Of a stretch of DNA of 64,000 bases, positions 19,577 to 27,509 are shown in pieces (positions within the stretch are counted from its first letter, which is position 1; each line of letters opens with the position of its first letter). Source of the stretch: Desulfobacterales bacterium (GTDB taxonomy: Bacteria > Desulfobacterota > Desulfobacteria > Desulfobacterales > UBA2174); assembly GCA_963668645.2 (NCBI GenBank), contig CAXXWC010000002.1:1-64000 (forward strand), given 5' to 3'. The position numbers and the translations under genes were made by a program. Below the pieces are notes generated by a model. The model saw only the letters and a program-made list of their open reading frames with translations, ran no database searches and was not told where the DNA came from.

Positions 19577-21591
19577 GCCGCAGCGTCTGGCTGCTCCGGC
19601 GCCTGGCGGGCCTCTTTTACCTGCTGCTGATCGTGGGCGGTATCGGGGCTGCGGCGGCGACCGGGTTGATCTTCGTGGCCACCCAGGATCTGCCCCGGGT
19701 GCCGAGCCCCCTGGGCCGGATCATCGAGACGCCCCCGACGGAGATCTTCGCCTCCAGCGGGGAGCGGGTGATGCTCATCGGGGGCCGGGAAGCCGTGGCG
19801 CTGAAACAGGTGGCGCCCAGTTTCATCCAGGCCGTGGTGGCCACCGAAGACCACCGGTTCTGGACCCATCACGGCATCGACAAGCTGCGCACCGTCAGGG
19901 CCTTGTGGATCACCCTCTTCGAGCCGGGAAAGATCCAGGGGGCCTCGACCATCACCCAGCAGCTCGCCAAGAACCTCTTTTTCAGCTTCGAGCGCAGCTG
20001 GATGCGCAAATTCCGCGAGATGCTCGTGGCCCTTCAGATCGAATCCCAATACGATAAACGGGAAATCCTGGAGGCCTATGTCAACCAGATCCCGTTCGGG
20101 GCCCGGGCCTACGGCATCGAGCAGGCCGCGCGCACCTATTTCGACAAGCCGGCCATCGCCCTGACGCTGGGCGAGTCGGCCCTGTTGGCCGGGCTTCCCA
20201 AATCACCGACACGCTACAACCCTTACCGCCACTTGGAGCGCGCCCGGCAGCGCCAGCGGGTGGTCCTCGGGCGGATGGTCGCCGCCGGGTACATCACCCC
20301 AGGGCAGGCCGAGACGGCCGCCGCCATCCCCCCGGTGCTGCGCCAGGGAGAGGACCACCTGCGCAGCGGCAGCTACTTTATCGATTTTGTCATCAAGGAA
20401 CTCGAAGCGCGCTATGGGCCGGAAGTCGTGTATCACGGCGGGTTGCAGGTCACCACGACCCTCGATCCGCATTTGCAGCAGATGGCCCTGGAGGCCGTAC
20501 ACGGCGGGCTGACCAATTTGGACCAGGTTTTGGGCGACGACCGGGAGGAGATCGACAAGGAACCGGTCCAGGCGGCCCTGGTGGCCGTCGAAAGCCAGAC
20601 CGGGGCCGTCAAGGCCATGGTGGGCGGGCGTTCCTACCACGAGACCGAATACAACCGTGCCGTGCAAAGCCAGCGGCTTCCCGGATCGGGCTTCAAACCT
20701 TTCGTCTATTACAGCGCCCTGGAAAAATTGGGCCTCAATCCGGCCAGCCCTGTCGTTGACCAGCCGGTCCACATTCCGGTGGTGGGTGCCCCGGACTGGC
20801 GGCCGCGCAACTTCAGCGGCAGGTATCACGGCCCCATGATCCTCAAGCAGGCCCTGATGAAGTCGATCAACAGCATCGCGGCCCAGCTGGTGGCCCAGGT
20901 GGGGCCCGAGGCCGTGATCCAAAACGCACGGCGTTGCGGCATCACCAGCGATCTGGCCCCGGTCTATTCCGTGGCCCTGGGCACCTCGGGGGTCAGCCCC
21001 CTGGAGATGGCCGGGGCTTTTTCCACCTTTGCCACGGACGGCGTCCGCAATCAGCCCTTCTGGATCCGCCGCGTGGAGGACGCCCGCGGCCGGATTCTCG
21101 ACGAACATATCGTCAGCGGGGAACGGGTTCTGGATCCGGTGCTCACCTACCAGCTGGTGGACATGATGCGCGGGGTGGTGGACCATGGCACGGGCGCCGT
21201 GGTGCGGCGGATGGGTTTCACCATCCCGGCAGCCGGCAAAACCGGCACCACCAACGATTATAAAGACGCCTGGTTCACCGGTTTCACCCCCACCCTGTGC
21301 GCCTCGGTGTGGGTGGGCTACGACCACCAGCGCCAGATGCGCGACAAGCGCGGTGTGGGCATCACCGGCGGGCGGGCCGCCGCTCCGATCTGGGCCGATT
21401 TCATGCTGCGGGCCACCGAGGGCGAGCCGTCACGGGATTTTGCTGTGCCGGACCAGATCCATTTCGAAATGGTGGATCCGGTCGACGGCCACCGGGTGGA
21501 CATCGCCGGACCCGACGCGGTGCGCGTGGCTCTCGGCCCCGGCCAGCAGCTGGGGCCGGACACCGGCGCACCGGAGGTTCGAGCACCTTGA
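19573..21591 (+). CDS. Class A penicillin-binding protein (PBP1A family)
   Basis: Transglycosylase EDHRF, GASTITQQLAKN, RKFRE; transpeptidase SGFK, SIN, KTG. Confidence 0.93.
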   Translation: MSRSVWLLRRLAGLFYLLLIVGGIGAAAATGLIFVATQDLPRVPSPLGRIIETPPTEIFASSGERVMLIGGREAVALKQVAPSFIQAVVATEDHRFWTHHGIDKLRTVRALWITLFEPGKIQGASTITQQLAKNLFFSFERSWMRKFREMLVALQIESQYDKREILEAYVNQIPFGARAYGIEQAARTYFDKPAIALTLGESALLAGLPKSPTRYNPYRHLERARQRQRVVLGRMVAAGYITPGQAETAAAIPPVLRQGEDHLRSGSYFIDFVIKELEARYGPEVVYHGGLQVTTTLDPHLQQMALEAVHGGLTNLDQVLGDDREEIDKEPVQAALVAVESQTGAVKAMVGGRSYHETEYNRAVQSQRLPGSGFKPFVYYSALEKLGLNPASPVVDQPVHIPVVGAPDWRPRNFSGRYHGPMILKQALMKSINSIAAQLVAQVGPEAVIQNARRCGITSDLAPVYSVALGTSGVSPLEMAGAFSTFATDGVRNQPFWIRRVEDARGRILDEHIVSGERVLDPVLTYQLVDMMRGVVDHGTGAVVRRMGFTIPAAGKTGTTNDYKDAWFTGFTPTLCASVWVGYDHQRQMRDKRGVGITGGRAAAPIWADFMLRATEGEPSRDFAVPDQIHFEMVDPVDGHRVDIAGPDAVRVALGPGQQLGPDTGAPEVRAP

Positions 21592-21625
21592 CCCATATGA
21601 AGAAGACGGGTTTCTCCTGAGTCCG

Positions 21626-23044
21626 ATGGTACACCTTCTCAAACATACGGCCCTGCGCCTTTGGTTGAGCCTCGTGATGGGCTGTCCGGCGGGGATCGCG
21701 CTGCTCGCCGTGCTCAACGAGCCGCCCGGATCCGCCTGGCCCCTGGGCCTGATGGCCGCCACCCTGATCGGGATGTTCCTCCTGGTCGGTTGGTGCGGCA
21801 ACCGGATGGGCCAGGCCGCCATCGCCCGGCACCTTTCCGAAAGCGGCATCCTGGAGCGGGCCGGGCGTACCAAGGCGGCCGAAAGCGCGCTGCAAAAGGC
21901 CGTAGCCCTGTATGACAGCTTCGTGGTGTCGCCCCTGGCACGGCGCCGGATGGTTGAACCGCTCGTGGAACGGTTGGCCCGGTTTCACCTGGGGCGGCCG
22001 GACCGCAGGGCAGAGGGCCTGGACAGCGTGCGCGCCTACCTCGCGGCGCATCCCGAAGACCGGCCCATGGCCGAGGCCTGGCTATACTGGATCGAGCAGC
22101 AGGCGCGCTTCGAGCCGGGCGACGAGGATCTGGTCGGCCGTATCGCCACGGCCCAGCCGGACGATCCGGTCGTGCAACAGATGCTCGGGCGCCACTGTCT
22201 GGCCAATGGCCGCACCGATTTTCAGGCCCTGGAAATCTACCGCCGGGTCATCAAGCGGGATCCCCAGGCGGCCCAGGAGTGGACCCGCCGCCTGGCTGTT
22301 TTGTTTCTCAATGAAGGCCGGGCCGACGAACGGGCCCTGGAAACCTACCTGGCGGCCTGGGATGGGGCGGGGGACCGCGACGGTTTGCGCCGGGGGCTGG
22401 CCGCCTGCCTGGGCTTCCTGCCGGAAAGCGATGAAAATCGACAGCGGCTGGCCCGGGCACGCGAACACCTGGCAGACCTGGATCCGGTGGATCTGGAGAT
22501 TCTCAGCGAGGGGTTCAAGGATCCGGGCCGGGCCGCACGGCCCAAAATGGCCCGCCCCCCCCGCCAGTATGGGCGCAGCCTGCGGATGTTTGCGGGGCGC
22601 GCCGGCCTCTGGTTGAGTCTGACCTCAGCCCGGCTGCGCCAATCCCGGGCCGCCCGCCGCGGGCTGGTCTGGTTTGCCGGCGCCGGCGCCGCTGCCGCAG
22701 TGGTCTTCCTGCTGATCAACACCATGGGCCACCTGATGGTGCCCGAGGTTCCGCCGGCATCGCCGGTCAAACCCGAACCCCAGGAGATCGCGGCCCCCGA
22801 TCCGTACACTATCCAGGTGGCCGCCTATCTGAAAAAAGAGCATGCCGAGCGCTTTGTGGACGATTTGCGCACCCGGAAAGTCGATGCCCGCTGGAGCGAA
22901 GCCCAGGGCAAGAACAAAACCTGGTACCAGGTCCGCGTTTCCCATTTTCCAGACAAGCAATCCGCGGTGACTTACGGGGAGGCGCTCAAGCGCCAGGGGT
23001 TGGTCGACGATTTTTATGTCGCCAACAACGAAACCCAGCGATAA
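21626..23044 (+). CDS. Membrane protein with helical (TPR-like) region and C-terminal SPOR domain
   Basis: YTIQVAAY...WYQVRVSHF SPOR signature preceded by a TM helix. Confidence 0.8.
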   Translation: MVHLLKHTALRLWLSLVMGCPAGIALLAVLNEPPGSAWPLGLMAATLIGMFLLVGWCGNRMGQAAIARHLSESGILERAGRTKAAESALQKAVALYDSFVVSPLARRRMVEPLVERLARFHLGRPDRRAEGLDSVRAYLAAHPEDRPMAEAWLYWIEQQARFEPGDEDLVGRIATAQPDDPVVQQMLGRHCLANGRTDFQALEIYRRVIKRDPQAAQEWTRRLAVLFLNEGRADERALETYLAAWDGAGDRDGLRRGLAACLGFLPESDENRQRLARAREHLADLDPVDLEILSEGFKDPGRAARPKMARPPRQYGRSLRMFAGRAGLWLSLTSARLRQSRAARRGLVWFAGAGAAAAVVFLLINTMGHLMVPEVPPASPVKPEPQEIAAPDPYTIQVAAYLKKEHAERFVDDLRTRKVDARWSEAQGKNKTWYQVRVSHFPDKQSAVTYGEALKRQGLVDDFYVANNETQR

Positions 23045-23196
23045 AATAATTTGCTTTTTCTTGCAAAACAGATTATGAAGCTCTATTTCCTGCTCATGGA
23101 GAGCAGGACGATTTTGCACTGAAGAGGCCGGCACCCGATGCAGCGTCCTCCAGTATGAGATCAAAGCGTAACCCAAAATTAAAGGAGGATGTTGTC

Positions 23197-23397
23197 ATGA
23201 CTCAGGGAATCGTCAAATGGTTCAACGACAGTAAAGGTTTTGGATTCATCGAGCAGGAGAATGGACCGGATGTGTTCGTGCACCACTCGGGGATCAATGC
23301 CAGCGGCTTCAAGTCCCTCAAAGAAGGCGACAAGGTCACTTTCGACGTCAAGCAGGGCCCCAAGGGCCCGTCAGCTGAGAACGTCACCGTGATCTGA
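23197..23397 (+). CDS. csp: Cold-shock protein
   Basis: [42 protein letters not shown]. Confidence 0.97.
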   Translation: MTQGIVKWFNDSKGFGFIEQENGPDVFVHHSGINASGFKSLKEGDKVTFDVKQGPKGPSAENVTVI

Positions 23398-23421
23398 GCC
23401 GCAACGCCATTGTGCGGATTC

Positions 23422-23458
23422 AAAAGGCGCCCTTCCATCCGGAAGGGCGCCTTTTTTT
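23422..23458. terminator. Rho-independent terminator, probably bidirectional (csp / yitT convergent)
   Basis: AAAAGGCGCCCTTCC-ATCC-GGAAGGGCGCCTTTTTTT perfect stem with A- and T-tracts. Confidence 0.9.
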
Positions 23459-23477
23459 GTCTTTTACTTCCAGATCT

Positions 23478-24341
23478 TCAGTAGACCTTGCGGTGTGAAA
23501 ATCCCCTGCCGAGCACGTTGAAGGTGTTTTCCACGATCATGAAGGCTTCCGGATCGAGGTTGAACACCAGTTCTTCCACCCGCTTGAGCTGGTAGTTGTT
23601 CACCACGGTGAGCAGCACGTCTTTCTTTTTTCCCGAATAAGCCCCGCGCCCCTCCAGGTGGGTCGCGCCGCGATGGAGGCGATTGAGCACCTCGGCGGCG
23701 ATGATCTCGGATTTTTCAGAGATGATCAGCACCATCTTGCGCTGGTTGAAAATGCTCAGAAAGTAGTTGATCACCTGGCTGGTGATAAAGCTCATGGCGA
23801 GCGAAAAGAGCACTTGATCCAGCGGGAGGCGTCCCATGCTGAAGGTGAACAGGCTGATATTGAACAGGAAAAAGAAGGTGCCGATGCGAAAGTTGAACTT
23901 CTGGTTGAGGATAATGGCGATGATGTCGTTGCCGCCGCCGGATCCCATGCTGTTGAGGATGATCCCGGACCCGGTGCCGACCAGAGTGCCGCCGGCCAGA
24001 ACGGCCAGAATCGGATCGGAAACCGGGATGGTGAAACGGACTATGTCGATGACCACTGTGGTTACGATCATCCCGTAGAGGCTGTAAAAAAAGAAGCGGC
24101 GGCTGACGAACCACCAGCCCAAAATGAAGATCGGCAGGTTGAGACAGAAGTACCACACGCCCGGTGATAGCAGGCCGGTCCAGTAGTAAACCAGCAGGGC
24201 CACGCCCGAGATGCCGCCCGTGATCAGTTCGTGGGGCAGGGCGATGGCCTTCAATCCGATACTGAAGATCACCGATCCGACACTGATCAGAAAAAGGTTG
24301 TACGGCACGTTGTAAGTGAAGTTGCGAAAGGTGCCTTTCAT
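23478..24341 (-). CDS. YitT family membrane protein
   Basis: GGISGVA, NLPIF, GSGGGNDII, RGAT...GAYSG, DPEAF (DUF2179-type C-terminus). Confidence 0.9.
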   Translation of the reverse strand: MKGTFRNFTYNVPYNLFLISVGSVIFSIGLKAIALPHELITGGISGVALLVYYWTGLLSPGVWYFCLNLPIFILGWWFVSRRFFFYSLYGMIVTTVVIDIVRFTIPVSDPILAVLAGGTLVGTGSGIILNSMGSGGGNDIIAIILNQKFNFRIGTFFFLFNISLFTFSMGRLPLDQVLFSLAMSFITSQVINYFLSIFNQRKMVLIISEKSEIIAAEVLNRLHRGATHLEGRGAYSGKKKDVLLTVVNNYQLKRVEELVFNLDPEAFMIVENTFNVLGRGFSHRKVY

Positions 24342-24763
24342 GGAAAATTCCTTTGGGTGTCCCGGGATAAGGGTTCGTACGATGATAAGCTGGGTTCAGG
24401 AAGCGTTTTTCGTGTTATCACAATTTTGGGCGCTTGCCGCAAGGCGGCGCCGCAATTGATTTATACCGCAGTGACATGAAGCGCGAAAGCCGAAAGCGAT
24501 CCTCGGTACAGTCGAAGAATCCTGTTCACGTCATTCCAGACTCGATCCGGAATCCATCTTATTCAATGGATTACAGATTTCTTCAAATCAGCCAAAGAAA
24601 AAGTCCCGATATCGCCATCGGTTAAACGTTCAATATTTTGCTGTTTCGGCCCTCTGCCAGCCTACCGCTCCGGCAAGGCGGCGCAATTTAGCAAGCGTTT
24701 TGAAAAAATCAACCAAAAAAAGAATGACGGCTTTTGATTGTGCGTCGCCGATGGTTGCGGCGA

Positions 24764-24875
24764 GACCTCTTCCCCGCTGTCATTCCGGCGGGACCTTTTC
24801 CCCACCGTCATCCCGGCGAGCTCTCTTTCCCGCTCTCATTCCGGCAGGACCTCTCCCCCGCTGTCATTCCGACAA
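24764..24875 (+). repeat. Four tandem 28-bp REP-like units (consensus GACCTCTTCCCCGCTGTCATTCCGGCGG)
   Basis: Units start at 24764, 24792, 24820 and 24848, contiguous with no spacers; a related GTCATTCC...GGAATC palindrome lies at about 24530-24555. Confidence 0.8.
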
Positions 24876-25290
24876 GCGCCAGCGAGGAGGAATCTGCATT
24901 TATGAAGATAGTCAGAAAACAGCGACAACCGGCAATAGATTCCCGCCTGCCACGCCTCGGGATAACCATCAACAACCCAACGTCAGCCGGCCTGATTCGG
25001 ACTTTTTCAAGGCATTGATCCAATGCAGACAGCTTGCTTGACCATTTTGTCCCTATCCGCTATCGAAGACGTCGCATGCCGATATTTTAGCGGTCGCATC
25101 GATTTTGCCTGACCAGTTGTCCCGACTATAAAAATGTGGGCAGGCAGCATCGGCAAATATTTCCCCCATCCATTTGAACGACGGCCTTGTAGAACAGGGC
25201 TTCAACCGTGCTTTTCATCAGAAACGGTCCGTTGTCACTGAAGCCCTGATCCGCAGCATGGCCATGCTCTACGCCGACCATGGAGCCCCC

Positions 25291-27426
25291 ATGACCGATC
25301 AGAAAAGGAAAGCCCCCAAGCCGGTACGGATCATCAGCGACCACCCCGTGTACGACAGGCCGGTCTTCGGGTTCGACGCCTACGCGCGCACCCTGGCCGG
25401 CCTCATCGCCGGAAAAGACAACGCCACGCCGCTGGTCATCGGCGTCTACGGTCCCTGGGGTTCGGGCAAGACCAGCCTGATGCAGACGGTCCGCGCCTAC
25501 CTTTCAGACGGTGCGTTTTCAAAGTCGGCTGAATTGCGCCCGTGCAAGACGGTCTGGTTCCAGGCCTGGAAATATGCGGATCAGGACGAGATCCTGGCGG
25601 CCTTGATCCGGTTGGTACTGGAGGCCGTCAAGCAGGATCAATCGATCCTCAAACAACTTAACGCCTGTATTGAACAGGCTGTTGACAAGGTTGATGTGCT
25701 GGGGGCGGTAACAAAGCTGGCCAAAAATTTTATCGGGATGGATGTCGGTGATTTCCTGAAAGAACTGCCGCATCAGGGCAAACTGGCCTTCTATGACCAC
25801 TTTTCCGAGTTTTTCGACCGCCTCGTCTGGACCTACACCCGCCTGCGGCCCCAGTTCACCAGTGCCGAAGAACCGGACGACGCCAAAGGTGCTCTGGTCG
25901 TTTTCATCGACGACCTGGACCGCTGCCCGGCGGGCCGGATCGTCAAGGTGCTGGAAACCGTCAAGCTCTTCATGGACAGGAAGGGGTGTGTCTTTGTCAT
26001 CGGTGCGGCCGAACCGATCATCCAGGCGGCCCTGGAAAAACATTACGAGGGTGAAAACGCCCGCCACTTCATGGACAAGATCGTCCAGGTCACTTTCAAC
26101 CTGCCTCAACTGGAAGAAGCCGATTTCGGTGCGTTTCTCCAGTCTATAGATCCGGCGGCCGTCGGACGCATCGCCCCCCACCTGCCGGTGATCGTGGCCA
26201 CGGTCCAGAAAAATCCGCGCCGTTTCAAGCGCTTTCTTAACGACCTGGCACTGCTGGAAGGACTGCACCGCAACAAGGAGACCGGGGTCGAATACAACGA
26301 TCTGCTATACTGGAAGCTGCTGGAGTTCGAATCGCCGGAGCTGGTCGAGCAGGTCAGGGAAAACGTGGCCACCTTTACCATCATGCTGGAGCTGATCAGC
26401 AAGCACGCCGAAAAAGACAAGGCCACCGATTTGCACGCCATCCCGCCGGAGCGCCTCGAAACCATCCCCCAGAAGTCCCTGGTCCCGTTTCTCCAGGGCC
26501 CCCGCCTGGTTAATTTGATTCGCCAGTCGCCACTGACTGCCGAAAAGGTCCGGGCCATGCTCTCGCTGGTGGGGATCGTGGAGACCGAGCCGATGACGTC
26601 AGATACGGAGCCTTGTGAGATGGCCGAACCCGAGGTCGAAGCGGGGATCATGAAGGAGGCCAAAGCCGCGTCAAGGAGGGAGGCAAAGGCAGGCCCCAGG
26701 TTGCAGGCTAGGATGCGAATGCGCCCGGCAGAGTCGTCTGTTGGCGTCGAAATGGTCCGAATACCGGCCGGAGCTTTCGAGTATGGCGATAATAAAGAGC
26801 CCGCACAAATCGGAAAACCTTTCGAAATCGATATTTATCCGGTGACCAATCGCCGTTTTGCCGAATTTGTGGCGGCAAAAATGTATGAAAACGATGACGA
26901 GGAGATCTGGGCGTCAGGGGGCCTGAAATGGCGCAAGAAAGAAGGCATCCGTTTTCCGGATTATTGGGATGAAGAAAAATGGAATCAACCGGATCATCCG
27001 GTAGTGGGGGTAAGCTGGTATGAGGCCGTGGCCTTCTGCAACTGGCTGACCAAGCTCCGCAATGATGGCCATAGCTATCACCTGCCGGATGACAAGCAGT
27101 GGGAACGGGCGGCCCGGGGAACCGACGGCAGAAAATATCCCTGGGGTGATGAATTCGACAAGGAACGCTGCAATACAAAAGAGTCAGACATCGGCCGGAC
27201 CACGCGGGTCACGCGGTATCCCAACGGCATCAGTCCGGATGGCTGCTATGACATGGCCGGCAATGTCTGGGAATGGACATCCAGCGAGTTTAAGCCTGGA
27301 TATACGCTGCGGGGCGGCTCGTGGAACTACCCGCGTGATTACGCCCGCTGTGCGGCCCGCAGCAGGGTCCTCCCGGACGCCCGTTACGTCAACTTCGGTT
27401 TTCGTTGCGCCAGGACTCAACTATAA
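25291..27426 (+). CDS. DGR target 1: KAP-family P-loop NTPase + C-terminal FGE-sulfatase (C-type lectin fold) domain
   Basis: GPWGSGKTS Walker A, FQAWKY, VFIDDLDRC, FMDKIVQV, NPRRFKR; FGE motifs YPVTN, HPVVGVSWYEA, DMAGNVWEW, RGGSW, GFRCAR; start placed at the ATG after GGAG. Confidence 0.9.
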   Translation: MTDQKRKAPKPVRIISDHPVYDRPVFGFDAYARTLAGLIAGKDNATPLVIGVYGPWGSGKTSLMQTVRAYLSDGAFSKSAELRPCKTVWFQAWKYADQDEILAALIRLVLEAVKQDQSILKQLNACIEQAVDKVDVLGAVTKLAKNFIGMDVGDFLKELPHQGKLAFYDHFSEFFDRLVWTYTRLRPQFTSAEEPDDAKGALVVFIDDLDRCPAGRIVKVLETVKLFMDRKGCVFVIGAAEPIIQAALEKHYEGENARHFMDKIVQVTFNLPQLEEADFGAFLQSIDPAAVGRIAPHLPVIVATVQKNPRRFKRFLNDLALLEGLHRNKETGVEYNDLLYWKLLEFESPELVEQVRENVATFTIMLELISKHAEKDKATDLHAIPPERLETIPQKSLVPFLQGPRLVNLIRQSPLTAEKVRAMLSLVGIVETEPMTSDTEPCEMAEPEVEAGIMKEAKAASRREAKAGPRLQARMRMRPAESSVGVEMVRIPAGAFEYGDNKEPAQIGKPFEIDIYPVTNRRFAEFVAAKMYENDDEEIWASGGLKWRKKEGIRFPDYWDEEKWNQPDHPVVGVSWYEAVAFCNWLTKLRNDGHSYHLPDDKQWERAARGTDGRKYPWGDEFDKERCNTKESDIGRTTRVTRYPNGISPDGCYDMAGNVWEWTSSEFKPGYTLRGGSWNYPRDYARCAARSRVLPDARYVNFGFRCARTQL
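27307..27426 (+). repeat. DGR variable repeat VR1
   Basis: 120-nt cassette shared with 30354-30473 and 34041-34160; differences concentrated in positions 1-2 of NNC codons. Confidence 0.88.
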
Positions 27427-27509
27427 CCCTTTGATCTTTTAACCTTTTACCCTTTGGCGGGCCATGAAATGCTCCATCCCACAACCCCATTTCAATCCGG
27501 AACCATACA

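Noticed and set aside
24764..24875. Possible CRISPR array (28-bp periodicity)
   Set aside because: Units are contiguous and degenerate with no unique spacers, and no cas genes are in the window
25100..25135. Sigma70-like promoter TTGCCT-N16-TATAAA upstream of target 1
   Set aside because: Plausible but weak match with suboptimal spacing; cannot be supported without transcript data
24342..25290. Template repeat or RT hidden in the long intergenic gaps (also 35091-35795)
   Set aside because: No GGCGGCTCGTGG or GGTTTTCG anchors or AAC runs seen on either strand; the short ORFs there are repeat-derived and lack RT motifs
26750..27426. Genuine formylglycine-generating (sulfatase-maturing) enzymes
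   Set aside because: The catalytic CxxxxC core of true FGE is absent, the domains are fused to NTPases, and no sulfatase is nearby; a binding CLec-fold role fits better
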